From: a virus
Taxonomy: Duplodnaviria > Caudoviricetes
IMG/VR virus record: IMGVR_UViG_3300026085_000098
Coordinates: 9,707 to 73,706 of that record
Direction: 5' to 3' (one strand)
Length of the DNA stretch: 64,000 bases
The position numbers were made by a program, and so were the translations under genes. Numbering within the stretch: position 1 is the stretch's first letter; each line of letters opens with the position of its first letter. Under the pieces are notes generated by a model, which saw only the letters and a program-made list of their open reading frames with translations, had not been told where the DNA came from and searched no databases. This document shows, piece after piece, positions 17,697 to 26,723 of the stretch.

Positions 17697-18653
17697 TCAT
17701 GGTGCATGGTATAGTGTTACAATTTCTTTGATAGGACGATCCTTAAAAAGCGATTGATGTTTTTTTGCAATACTTACAAATAGATTGTAATTATGATTTA
17801 CAATATCTGTAAAATCTTGTGTGGCAAATAATTCTTTTGCAAATTTTATTCTTTCTATTATTTTATCCATATTACTTGCAAATGTTATATAAGGATATGG
17901 CAAGTATTTTTCAAATGTTTTAAAACCTAAGTTTTCTAACAACTCATTTGAGCCGTTACCCGCTATCAAAAGAAATGGACTATGATTAGCAATTGGCCAC
18001 CATGTTTTTTCTGTTATGATAGGATAAGAATGGCACCAAGTTTCTGATACTATTTCAAAATCAGTTTGTTTATATAATTTTTTGTTTCTTTTACCCATAG
18101 AATTAAAACTACCGTTTTCGTCAAAAGCTTTCTTCATATCTCTTATAGGAGCATGTTTATCTGCAAATCTAAAAAATTTTTTATCAACTTTAAATTCTGG
18201 AGGAGCATGTTCACCATTAAAACTCCAAAGATTACCTTGAAGCAAATTATTTTCGTGAAGTTGTTTCGCTACAGGATATCTATTGTCTTTCCAAACTTTC
18301 CCCATTAAAAATAAAAACTTTTTATGTCCGTAAGAATATGGTGCAGGCTTACCATTATGATCATAAACATACATCAAACAAGCAGGAATTATTCTTACTT
18401 CATCCCATAATGACAAATCAGTAGACTTTTTCCCACAAGGATGTAAAGGATGATACCAAGAATTAATTATCAAAATATGTTTACATTTTGGATATTTTTC
18501 TTTTGCTATAAATGCAAATTTATTGAAGTCTATGTTATAAACTTCTCTAGTTGCATTCCAGTAGATTTTATCATTACATACTTCTAATTCAAAGTTACCG
18601 TCGGAATAGTGTAATATTTCTAAGTCTACTACACTGTTGATAAAGTTTAGCAT
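17697..18653 (-). CDS. Glycosyltransferase-like phage family protein
   Basis: FEIVSET...ITEKTWWPI...PFLLIAG...LENLGFKTF; paralog of 60570-61865. Confidence 0.55.
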   Translation of the reverse strand: MLNFINSVVDLEILHYSDGNFELEVCNDKIYWNATREVYNIDFNKFAFIAKEKYPKCKHILIINSWYHPLHPCGKKSTDLSLWDEVRIIPACLMYVYDHNGKPAPYSYGHKKFLFLMGKVWKDNRYPVAKQLHENNLLQGNLWSFNGEHAPPEFKVDKKFFRFADKHAPIRDMKKAFDENGSFNSMGKRNKKLYKQTDFEIVSETWCHSYPIITEKTWWPIANHSPFLLIAGNGSNELLENLGFKTFEKYLPYPYITFASNMDKIIERIKFAKELFATQDFTDIVNHNYNLFVSIAKKHQSLFKDRPIKEIVTLYHAP

Positions 18654-18946
18654 TAATCAAAGTCGCCTACCTTTGTTGCCCTCTTTGCCATTTTAGAAAC
18701 AGTGTCTTTTTCTTTACGCTTCTTTTGTGGTAAATCATCTACTTCACTTGTTTTAAATTCGATTACATCTGCACTTGGATCTACATTTTTAATAGCATCA
18801 TTAATTCTAGGATCTTCTTTCATTGCCCTCATAAGAACATCACCATTGAATTGAGTTTCGCCTGCATTACGCATCAAGCGATCCATTTGTGAAATACTGA
18901 TTTGAGATACATCTTTGTCTCGTAAGATATTAATCACACGATACAT
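18653..18946 (-). CDS. Hypothetical protein
   Basis: ORF track; gene-dense operon. Confidence 0.6.
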   Translation of the reverse strand: MYRVINILRDKDVSQISISQMDRLMRNAGETQFNGDVLMRAMKEDPRINDAIKNVDPSADVIEFKTSEVDDLPQKKRKEKDTVSKMAKRATKVGDFD

Positions 18947-18969
18947 ATTAGTAGTGTCAATATTTTCAC

Positions 18970-19776
18970 TTACTTTTTTTTTGAAAGTGTTTGAGCAAGT
19001 TTACGTGGATTAACAGATTCTTTTTTTACTTTTTTAGTAATGCGTTCGATGCTTTCACGCTTTTCGCGACCTGCATCTTCTTCGCCGCCTGCTGCTGCTG
19101 CGTCTGCTCCAAACTGATCGTCTGAACCTTCTGCGTCACCATCTAGATCTGGCATGTCGTCCATGTCTGCTGTTGGTTCCATTTCTGGTTCCATGTCCAT
19201 GTCATCATCGCCCATCATGTCTGCTGGCTCTGCTTCGCCTGTTAGTTGGCCAACGCCACTTGTTAATGCAGCACGAGTTGATTCTAATGCACCATATAAT
19301 TCATCTAGTGCAGGTTTTACTGTTTGTGTAAATGTTTCTGCTGCTTCTGTACCCATTTCGTCACGAATTGCATCTGCAAGTTCTAGCATTGATTCTGACT
19401 GCATTTCTGCTGTGTCTTCCATCCAACCTGTAACTCTGTCAACCATATCTTTGGCTGCCATTACTAGTTCTGCTTCGTCTTCTGCACCTTCAGTTACAAC
19501 CGCTTCTTCCATTTCTTCAATGTCACCACGCTCTGATAGTTCTGCATTTAGAACATCAAGCATCATTCTTGATTTTTGATAATCATCACTTTCGATAACA
19601 TTGTTAAAACTTTCACTCATTTCAACTTGTGATAGTTTTGTACGGATTCTATTACGAACGTCCTGTAGTTGTTCTAGAGTAAACTGCTCTAGATTGATCT
19701 TTTTACCAAATCTCTTTCCTAGAGATTCGTTTAAACTTTTTGCTGTGATAGGTGTAGCGAACTCTTTTATTTGCAT
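18970..19776 (-). CDS. Acidic coiled-coil putative prohead core/internal head protein
   Basis: MQIKEF N-terminus; Glu/Asp/Met-rich; basic C-terminal tail; late promoter at 19806-19813. Confidence 0.55.
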   Translation of the reverse strand: MQIKEFATPITAKSLNESLGKRFGKKINLEQFTLEQLQDVRNRIRTKLSQVEMSESFNNVIESDDYQKSRMMLDVLNAELSERGDIEEMEEAVVTEGAEDEAELVMAAKDMVDRVTGWMEDTAEMQSESMLELADAIRDEMGTEAAETFTQTVKPALDELYGALESTRAALTSGVGQLTGEAEPADMMGDDDMDMEPEMEPTADMDDMPDLDGDAEGSDDQFGADAAAAGGEEDAGREKRESIERITKKVKKESVNPRKLAQTLSKKK

Positions 19777-19808
19777 TATTCTCTTCCTAATGGGTTTGTT
19801 ATAGTTAT

Positions 19809-20240
19809 TTATCTAATTTGTGATAATATTACGTTATCTAGAAGGCGAGTTGCTTGGTCAATTCTATCCTGTGCATCGTCTCTTCTGATTTCTAAATTAT
19901 ATTGTCTTTCGCTGTCTTCGGTAGATGCAATCACTGCATTATAAAAACAACAATCGTTAGTAAACTTTTCTATAATACTATCCTGTTGTTTAATAGTATA
20001 TGTTTGCGATTTGTTTAAATGTGCGTAAGATAATGCAATACCTGCAATTTTAGAAAAAACAACATCTACAGTTGTATTTTTACGTGTATCGATTATCACA
20101 TATCCATGACGTTTGCTTGGACGTATCATGTAATGACCTACACGAATTCTATTGCCTTTTTTAAAAGGTGCGATTACTTCCTTTGTCTTTTTATCAACAA
20201 TTTCTTGAAGTTCAGTGAGTGCTTGTTCCAGAGTTTTCAT
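19809..20240 (-). CDS. Hypothetical (putative virion internal) protein
   Basis: MKTLEQALTE N-terminus. Confidence 0.55.
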   Translation of the reverse strand: MKTLEQALTELQEIVDKKTKEVIAPFKKGNRIRVGHYMIRPSKRHGYVIIDTRKNTTVDVVFSKIAGIALSYAHLNKSQTYTIKQQDSIIEKFTNDCCFYNAVIASTEDSERQYNLEIRRDDAQDRIDQATRLLDNVILSQIR

Positions 20241-20433
20241 TGGGTTTTACCACCATCATACCTTTATAATTGACTCTAGTCAAGAGGCTTTTCTTGACTA
20301 AATTTTCAGCAACGAATTTTTCACGTTCTGTTAAGTTATCAATATAACAAGGACTATTGATCTTGTCAAGAAGATTTTGTTCTTCATTGGTGATAAAAAT
20401 ATCAAAGTCTGTTATAAGGTCGTTCATCTTCAT
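20212..20433 (-). CDS. Hypothetical protein
   Basis: ORF track; coupled operon. Confidence 0.55.
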   Translation of the reverse strand: MKMNDLITDFDIFITNEEQNLLDKINSPCYIDNLTEREKFVAENLVKKSLLTRVNYKGMMVVKPNENSGTSTH

Positions 20434-20858
20434 ACTGAAATTGATCTCTTAACGTCTGCTTTTTTATATGTTACACTATTAGGTTGTGATGGTGACTTTG
20501 TACCCTCTGGATTTTCCAATTCTACTTCGTCACCCTTGACTGCTTTTACTTTAAACTCTGTAGGGCCGCCTGCTTGCCCAGTTGGTAATTTTACTTTTTT
20601 ACCCGGTTGTAGTAATTTATCCTTTGCAGCATCTATTGCTGACGCTGCTGCTGTTCCAGTTGCTCCAACTGCTGTTCCGACGCCCTTTGCTGCTGCGCCT
20701 ACACCTTTTGCAATTCCGCCAACTGCTTTTCCAAGGCCACCAACTGCGCTTCCTACGCCGCCTACTGCCTTTGCTGCACCTACTGCTAATGGAACTGCTA
20801 ATAGAGGCAAAATTTCGTCTAATTTTTCTTTTTCTTCTATAAACTCTTCTGCTCTCAT
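20430..20858 (-). CDS. Putative internal virion protein with glycine-zipper repeat
   Basis: MRAEEFIEE; heptad repeats AVGGVGS/AVGGLGK/AVGGIAK/GVGAAAK/GVGTAVG. Confidence 0.65.
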   Translation of the reverse strand: MRAEEFIEEKEKLDEILPLLAVPLAVGAAKAVGGVGSAVGGLGKAVGGIAKGVGAAAKGVGTAVGATGTAAASAIDAAKDKLLQPGKKVKLPTGQAGGPTEFKVKAVKGDEVELENPEGTKSPSQPNSVTYKKADVKRSISV

Positions 20859-21175
20859 CTTCTTCTCTTTGTTTTAAGTCCACGTCTATACTTTGGACGT
20901 AACTTATTTAACCTCGTTATCTTATTTGCAGTAGGACGTCTGACTGTATGATAACGTCTAATACTTTGACTACGTGCTCTAGTGCGTCTAGTTTTCTTTG
21001 CTGAAATACTCTTTTTACCACTTATTGGTGTTGAACAAGTACTAGCTTTAGCGACAACTCGACCACGTTTTGCACCACTTGTACATCTATAACGCCTTAC
21101 CATTGTGCCTTTAGGACCACGTCCCCAAGTAGCACGAAAGTTTTCACCTATGTCTATGACTTCTGCTACGATCAT
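20855..21175 (-). CDS. Highly basic putative DNA-condensing internal protein
   Basis: WGRG...RRYRCTSGAKRGRVVAK...C..P; R/K-rich. Confidence 0.65.
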   Translation of the reverse strand: MIVAEVIDIGENFRATWGRGPKGTMVRRYRCTSGAKRGRVVAKASTCSTPISGKKSISAKKTRRTRARSQSIRRYHTVRRPTANKITRLNKLRPKYRRGLKTKRRR

Positions 21176-21993
21176 CTTCTTTTATTCAACTGTTTTAATC
21201 TTTTACTTGCAGGGTTGACACGCTTGGTTCTTTTTGCTTTACGTGCCATTTTTGTACCAATTGCCTTTTTTAGTCTTTTGAATCTTGCACTTTGTTTAAA
21301 GTCAAGTGGTGCAAAACATTGACTCATTTTGCTAACAATTCTGCCGTGTCTTCTTCCCCCAGAACATCTATACTTGCGGACAACTCTTTTACCTGTGCGT
21401 CCCCATACCTGCTTTTCGTCAAGAGATTCTTTTTTTGCTTTTTCTATTTCTTCTTGACCTTCTTCAGATTTAAACCAACTGATAATCCATTTACCCATTT
21501 TGTAAATAGTATAAATTGACAACAATCCAAGTCCAAGACCGACTAGTATTTTAAATGCAGTTTCACCTATTAAAGAAATTATCCATTCAATAATATCTTC
21601 TATAATATCTCCTGCTCTTCTTAACTTACGTCCTATGTTTCTTGGCGGACGATTATCCATTCCCATTTTCCTATCGATGGCTGCGGCTGCTGCAAGTTCG
21701 CTTGCTTTGACTCCATCTAAGTAGGCTTGTATATCTTCTACACTAACATCGTATGCTGTAGGAGGAAGCATGACTCCTGTAGGAATATCTATATTAGATT
21801 CTATGTCGTTTTTAAAATCTAAATCTATATTTGGAAATTCTATATCTGCTTGTTCAAGTGCTTTACTTGTGATATATGCTGCAAGAGTTATTCCGCCTGC
21901 TATTAACATTTGTGTTAAAATTTGTCCAAGAGGAATAGCAATTGCCACTTCGTCTATTTTTTGTTTTTCTGATATGAGGTCTCTTACTAGCAT
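21172..21993 (-). CDS. Putative internal virion protein: hydrophobic segments plus C-terminal basic domain paralogous to 20855-21175
   Basis: MLVRDLISE; WGRTGKRVVRKYRCSGGRRHGRIVSK...C..P; late promoter at 21998-22005. Confidence 0.65.
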   Translation of the reverse strand: MLVRDLISEKQKIDEVAIAIPLGQILTQMLIAGGITLAAYITSKALEQADIEFPNIDLDFKNDIESNIDIPTGVMLPPTAYDVSVEDIQAYLDGVKASELAAAAAIDRKMGMDNRPPRNIGRKLRRAGDIIEDIIEWIISLIGETAFKILVGLGLGLLSIYTIYKMGKWIISWFKSEEGQEEIEKAKKESLDEKQVWGRTGKRVVRKYRCSGGRRHGRIVSKMSQCFAPLDFKQSARFKRLKKAIGTKMARKAKRTKRVNPASKRLKQLNKRR

Positions 21994-22005
21994 GTAGTAT
22001 TTATG

Positions 22006-22242
22006 CTAGATTTGCATTATTATAACTACAATAGTGGATAGCAATCCTGCTACAATTGTTCCTGCGGCTCCAATAATGACCTTGGTCAAACTATTTTGTC
22101 CTGCTTGCATTTGATCCGCAATACCGTCTAGTTTATTTTCAACTGTAGTTAAACGCTTTTCAAACTGCTCGTAACGGAGGGCACACAGATCAACATGTGC
22201 TTCTAATGATTCTTTTTCTAATGCGGTTGATGTTAAAGACAT
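22006..22242 (-). CDS. Coiled-coil plus C-terminal TM protein (XhlA/holin-like)
   Basis: Heptads FEKRLTTVENKLD then VIIGAAGTIVAGLLSTIVVII. Confidence 0.5.
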   Translation of the reverse strand: MSLTSTALEKESLEAHVDLCALRYEQFEKRLTTVENKLDGIADQMQAGQNSLTKVIIGAAGTIVAGLLSTIVVIIMQI

Positions 22243-22319
22243 CTATTTTTATTCCTTGTAAGTAAACTCGAAGTTGGCCTTAATGTTGTAGATGCCTAAA
22301 TGTTTTTATAACACTAATA

Positions 22320-22706
22320 CTATTTATCTTTTATAACAAAAGTATTTCTATCTGCACTTCCATTAGTCAAAAATGCAGAAACCGTGAAATCATTTGTTTC
22401 CTCTAGATCAGTTATTATTGGAACTAAGTCAAAATCATTTATCAAATCTTCTAATGGAAATTCATTTTCATACTCAAAATCTAGTTGCCATACCTTTTGA
22501 ATACCTTTTATATTATTTCCAAAGTCTAGTTTATCTGTTTCTATTTCTGATACAATAGGTTGATTGTTAACGATAGCATTTGCCCTTAAACTTGCTGTTT
22601 GAATTACTGTAAGATAATTTTGCTGTTGCTTATATTCATAAGGATCATCGCCCCTTCGTGCATCAGTTCTTGTTATATCAACAAGGGTATACAAACTACA
22701 TCTCAT
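22320..22706 (-). CDS. Hypothetical late protein
   Basis: Likely start MRCSL at 22706, 4 nt after the AATAAGTA late-promoter variant. Confidence 0.65.
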   Translation of the reverse strand: MRCSLYTLVDITRTDARRGDDPYEYKQQQNYLTVIQTASLRANAIVNNQPIVSEIETDKLDFGNNIKGIQKVWQLDFEYENEFPLEDLINDFDLVPIITDLEETNDFTVSAFLTNGSADRNTFVIKDK

Positions 22707-22723
22707 ATTGTACTTATTCCATA

Positions 22724-22752
22724 AAAAAAGGGTCCACAAAATTGTGAACCCT
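22724..22752 (-). terminator. Intrinsic terminator
   Basis: aaaggg-tc-cacaa/ttgtg-aa-cccttt stem with T tract on the minus strand. Confidence 0.65.
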
Positions 22753-22774
22753 TTGGTTAGCCCTATTATGCTTA

Positions 22775-23158
22775 TTAAGCGATAGAAGCACCTGATGCAG
22801 TTAGTGCTGCGATTGTTGAAGTACCGCCTGTTGCTGCATCGATTGCTGCTTCTGCTGCACCCCATGAACCGTCAGCAGCACCTGCTGTTGAACCGTCGTT
22901 CATTGAATTTGCATTACATACAAACACAACGTTGTTTGATGCTGGTGTACCTACACCATATAGTTCTGCAAAACCTTCTAGTGCTGCAACTGCTTTGTGG
23001 AATGTGCTGTTTGCTGCTGTGTATCCTGTTTCGATACCTGTTAATGTGATTTTGAAGAAACCTAGTGCTGGTGTACCGTGGTCGAAACCAACTTCTGTTG
23101 TTCTTGCGTTAGCGCCAACTGTTGTTGAGCCAACTGATACTGAATATACGTCTGCCAT
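22775..23158 (-). CDS. Ala/Gly/Thr-rich structural protein (possible head decoration)
   Basis: Strong SD AAAGGAG, own late promoter (23217-23224) and terminator. Confidence 0.55.
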   Translation of the reverse strand: MADVYSVSVGSTTVGANARTTEVGFDHGTPALGFFKITLTGIETGYTAANSTFHKAVAALEGFAELYGVGTPASNNVVFVCNANSMNDGSTAGAADGSWGAAEAAIDAATGGTSTIAALTASGASIA

Positions 23159-23266
23159 TTTAATCTCCTTTAATTTACTCTATGGCTGTCCCACGCTCAG
23201 TGGAACTCTTATATTGTATTTACCATTTAGGAAAAATTATAGGGGTTTATGGCCGAAAAACGGAGT

Positions 23267-24355
23267 TTAATTGGGTCTCCAACGGTGTCTTGGCACTAAT
23301 TTTACTTTACCTGTAACGTAACCTTCACCGCCTTTTTCAGTACCAGTCATTTGCTTGATGTCAGCAGGCGCATCATCTAATTGATCAATAATATGATTCT
23401 TTACTGCTGCAACTTTGTTCAATAACGCAAAGATTGCAGGTAAACTTTTAGGACTTTGCTTGTGCTTTTCATATATTTTTACTTGTTTAGGTTGACTAAC
23501 TTTGCTTGTTTTCAGCCAATTAAAAAATCCATCTACATTAATTTGGTCTAGTTTTTGCGCTTTGACTGTTTGGTTACTAAATGTGTAGATAATGTTTTTA
23601 AGATCTGATAAGCCCGGTTGTGATTCTAAGAAATTATCAATAAATTTTGCATTGGCTTTTGCCATTTGTCTAATTTCATTTGTTTCTTTTGTATCTACTG
23701 TAGGTGTATGTGGTACATAGGTTTGTGCAAATGCAACAAGATCATTTGTTTGTATACCTTTAACATCATCTAAAGGTTGTCCTACTTTTGCACCAAAACT
23801 ATCATATTTGCCATGTAATGCTACACCTACTTTACTATTTGCAATACGTTTGCCAATTTCGCTGTTAGGATCTACACTGTAAGTAACCTTGTTAGGAGTA
23901 AATTCAATTCCTGATTTGCCTTTTGTTGCTGGCTTTCTTGGTGTGTAGAGCAAGTCTCCGTAGACATAGCCTTCAAAGTCCTTCGGAAATCCCGCTTCAA
24001 TAATTTTAAATAGATCTGACATCTCCGCAGCAAAATCTTTTCTCCATGGTTCCTGTTCAGCACCTTTGCCTGTGTTCATAATAAACTGTGCTAGATCATT
24101 AGCATCAGTACTCATGTTTTTGCCCCAGCCGTTTTTACCAGTAAGTACGAACGTACCGTCAGGCTCGCGGCCAAAATATACAGTTGGATTGCCGTCCCAT
24201 TTAATAGCAACTTTGCCTTGTCCTTGACCTAGTTGATCTAATGTGTCAGCAGCTTTCATTGCACCTGCTGCACCATCAAAAAATACAAGATCTTCAAGGT
24301 GATTATATTCTCTACCTTGCTGTGTTTCTACTAAACGGAACTCTCTATATCTCAC
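23267..24355 (-). CDS. ATP-dependent ligase-fold protein (RNA-ligase-like; DUF6267-like)
   Basis: Motif I KWDG, III YGDL, IV EGYV, V KLV; N-terminal NHLED. Confidence 0.6.
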   Translation of the reverse strand: MRYREFRLVETQQGREYNHLEDLVFFDGAAGAMKAADTLDQLGQGQGKVAIKWDGNPTVYFGREPDGTFVLTGKNGWGKNMSTDANDLAQFIMNTGKGAEQEPWRKDFAAEMSDLFKIIEAGFPKDFEGYVYGDLLYTPRKPATKGKSGIEFTPNKVTYSVDPNSEIGKRIANSKVGVALHGKYDSFGAKVGQPLDDVKGIQTNDLVAFAQTYVPHTPTVDTKETNEIRQMAKANAKFIDNFLESQPGLSDLKNIIYTFSNQTVKAQKLDQINVDGFFNWLKTSKVSQPKQVKIYEKHKQSPKSLPAIFALLNKVAAVKNHIIDQLDDAPADIKQMTGTEKGGEGYVTGKVKLVPRHRWRPN

Positions 24356-25187
24356 TGATAAGTTCCTTAATTCTTCTTAGGTGCTTGTCTGATAAACTTT
24401 CATTAGGTAGGCCTTTGCCTTCTTTTTCCATTGTATCTAGCCAAGGACCAACTAATGTTTCAAAGTTTGGATCCTTTCTAAGAAATGCAATTATGCTTTC
24501 AACAGTATAAGTATCTTTTTCTGTTGCACCTTTTCCGAGCAGTAATTCTGCGATGTCGTTCCAATTGTTAGCAATAACTTTATCACCTTGTGCTGGATCA
24601 ACTACGCCAAACTTAGGACTAAATTTATATCCTCTACCTCTTGCTATACTAGACAATAGAATTGCTCTATCTTTACCACTGTAGGCTGCTGTTCCACCAC
24701 GCTTTGCTCCACGTTGATAATCAGGGTCATCTGTAAGCATGAAGTCAGTTTGCACAAATCCTTTGCCGCCTTGAATAGGCATACGGAAGTGTACTTGGTC
24801 GCCAGCATCGTGAATATAACCGCCTGTAAATGGTACTGCGCTTTTATCACCAGTTTTAGCAATCATGTCCTTTTTGCTCATGTTCATGATTTGATCATCT
24901 GGAATGCCTTGCTTCTTGCACCAAGCGACAAGTTTTGCTTTTAATTCTTCTTTGCTTATTTTGTTTAGGTCAGTGTTTAGATCTAAGTCACCAGAACTAT
25001 TCTTTTCAAATGTTCCATCAGGATCTACTTTCTTGCCTGTTGTACCTAGCAAGTCATCGTCGACAAACTCTAAACCTACAATCTTTTCAATCGCAGCAAC
25101 CGTAGGTCTTACTGCTGGTGTAGGAATACGCTGTGTGAGTGGTCCTTCGGTTGTTTTAAAAACATTGCCGCCTTCTTTAAGAATCAT
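24345..25187 (-). CDS. Pol-beta superfamily nucleotidyltransferase
   Basis: LGTTGKK...SGDLD and third acidic motif QTDFM. Confidence 0.7.
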   Translation of the reverse strand: MILKEGGNVFKTTEGPLTQRIPTPAVRPTVAAIEKIVGLEFVDDDLLGTTGKKVDPDGTFEKNSSGDLDLNTDLNKISKEELKAKLVAWCKKQGIPDDQIMNMSKKDMIAKTGDKSAVPFTGGYIHDAGDQVHFRMPIQGGKGFVQTDFMLTDDPDYQRGAKRGGTAAYSGKDRAILLSSIARGRGYKFSPKFGVVDPAQGDKVIANNWNDIAELLLGKGATEKDTYTVESIIAFLRKDPNFETLVGPWLDTMEKEGKGLPNESLSDKHLRRIKELISEI

Positions 25188-25437
25188 TCTTTTGTGACTC
25201 CTTGATTTTTTCTACACCTGTAGAGAATTTTCTCGGATTAGAATTACGTATACTATTAAGAAATCTGCGCTCTAGGTCAAGTGCTTGTTCTTGTGGATAG
25301 GTATCATAAATTTTTCCTAAAAGATTGATTGCGCTTTCAATAATATTAGTACCCGTAGTCTGAATAAACTCGTTACTGTTATCTTTGCGATGTATATTAT
25401 TAAGTTCTTCAAGTATGCTTCTTGTTTTTTTTCTCAT
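25177..25437 (-). CDS. Hypothetical late protein
   Basis: Late promoter GCTAAATA at 25459-25466. Confidence 0.6.
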   Translation of the reverse strand: MRKKTRSILEELNNIHRKDNSNEFIQTTGTNIIESAINLLGKIYDTYPQEQALDLERRFLNSIRNSNPRKFSTGVEKIKESQKNDS

Positions 25438-25477
25438 TGGCTTAATTCCCTGATATAGTATTTAGCCTAGTTTAAGA

Positions 25478-25501
25478 AAGAGGGGCTCACCGTTGGCCCC
25501 T
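25478..25501 (-). terminator. Intrinsic terminator after ugd
   Basis: GGGGC-N9-GCCCC-TCTTTCTT on the minus strand. Confidence 0.65.
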
Positions 25502-25569
25502 GCGTGTTTATTGCGTAACAACCCGGATTGTATCAATCTATTATTATATAACATATAACAATGCCTATG

Positions 25570-26313
25570 TCAACTTCTAATTTTAAGGTTGTAGTTAATT
25601 GCTTCTTGTAGTATTGATAAGTCAATTCCTGCAGATTTTGCAGTTTTAATTATTGCCGATGTATCTTTAGGAAAACAGTGGCCGCCAAAGCCTCGTTCTT
25701 CTGTAACTTGTGTGTGACTTTCTGTAATGCGTTCATCTTGTGCAATTTCTTTTCTAACAGGTTCATAATCAATACCAAATTCTTCGCAAAGATCAAAGAT
25801 CTGATTGAAAAATGCAACCTTTGTGGCAAGAAAACTGTTGCGGAAATATTTAATTAATATAAGTTGCTCAACATCATGCACTCTAATGTCTATACAACCT
25901 AAGAGTTCTAAGAAAAGACTTTGCCAATGATGGTACCCATTGCCGCCTATAAGTATGGTATTACAATTTTTAAAATCTTGTAATGCAGATGCTGCTCTTA
26001 GAAACTCAGGTGAAAAACAAATTTCTCTATCAGGATAAAGTTCTTGTATTGTGTTCCAACCTTCTAAACTAATTGTGCTTTTAATAAGAATAGGTACGTC
26101 TGGAGCGTTGCGTAACACATCTAAAACATTGCTCATGTCACAACTGCCGTTATCTGCTTCTGGAGTAGACACGCAAACAATAATCATATCAGCATGTCGC
26201 AAATCGCCATAGTGTTCCTTAACAGGATCACTTATAATTACAGTATGAGATTGCTTAAAGATGCTTTCGTGTGCTTGTCCTACAAACCCGTAGCCTGCAA
26301 TTCCTATTTTCAT
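25570..26313 (-). CDS. ugd: UDP-glucose/GDP-mannose dehydrogenase, short form lacking the C-terminal domain
   Basis: GYGFVG, ICVSTP-like VCVSTP, KSTI, SPEFL, KYFRNSFLATK, GFGGHCFPKD. Confidence 0.85.
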   Translation of the reverse strand: MKIGIAGYGFVGQAHESIFKQSHTVIISDPVKEHYGDLRHADMIIVCVSTPEADNGSCDMSNVLDVLRNAPDVPILIKSTISLEGWNTIQELYPDREICFSPEFLRAASALQDFKNCNTILIGGNGYHHWQSLFLELLGCIDIRVHDVEQLILIKYFRNSFLATKVAFFNQIFDLCEEFGIDYEPVRKEIAQDERITESHTQVTEERGFGGHCFPKDTSAIIKTAKSAGIDLSILQEAINYNLKIRS

Positions 26314-26480
26314 TCGTTTTCTTTTCTCGCAAATTTAATATCACAATAACCACAAACTACATAACCGTCGTGTGGCACTTTGTAATATGTAAGAGGGTGA
26401 TCGTTGTTTTCACCAGAACACTTTGCAGTGTCACCATCTACATATACAATACGTTCTTCGTAACCTTTTACTCTATTCAT
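26310..26480 (-). CDS. zf-CHCC zinc-finger protein (NDUFS6/NUMM-like), 56 aa
   Basis: Hand-translated MNRVKGYEERIVYVDGDTAKCSGENNDHPLTYYKVPHDGYVVCGYCDIKFARKENE; C-x-G..HP..Y..CxYC..F; ATGA overlaps at both ends. Not in ORF track. Confidence 0.85.
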   Translation of the reverse strand: MNRVKGYEERIVYVDGDTAKCSGENNDHPLTYYKVPHDGYVVCGYCDIKFARKENE

Positions 26481-26713
26481 CGTTTACCTAATGCTCTCAA
26501 CATCATTTGTTGATCATGTTTCTTTAGATATTCTTCTTCTATAGTTCCATAAGAACCGCATTTGTCTAATTCATTTTGTACATAAAATAATAAATCATAA
26601 AGTTCTCTTTTGCAATCCCAAGTAACGTAACCGTCCATTCTTGGATCTGTTGCTGCAAAAGTTATTTTACCTATTAATCTACATATTTCTTTAGTATTCC
26701 AATCTTTGATCAT
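26477..26713 (-). CDS. Hypothetical protein
   Basis: Likely start MIKDW at 26713, just after the pstB stop. Confidence 0.6.
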   Translation of the reverse strand: MIKDWNTKEICRLIGKITFAATDPRMDGYVTWDCKRELYDLLFYVQNELDKCGSYGTIEEEYLKKHDQQMMLRALGKR

Positions 26714-26723
26714 ATTGTATATA

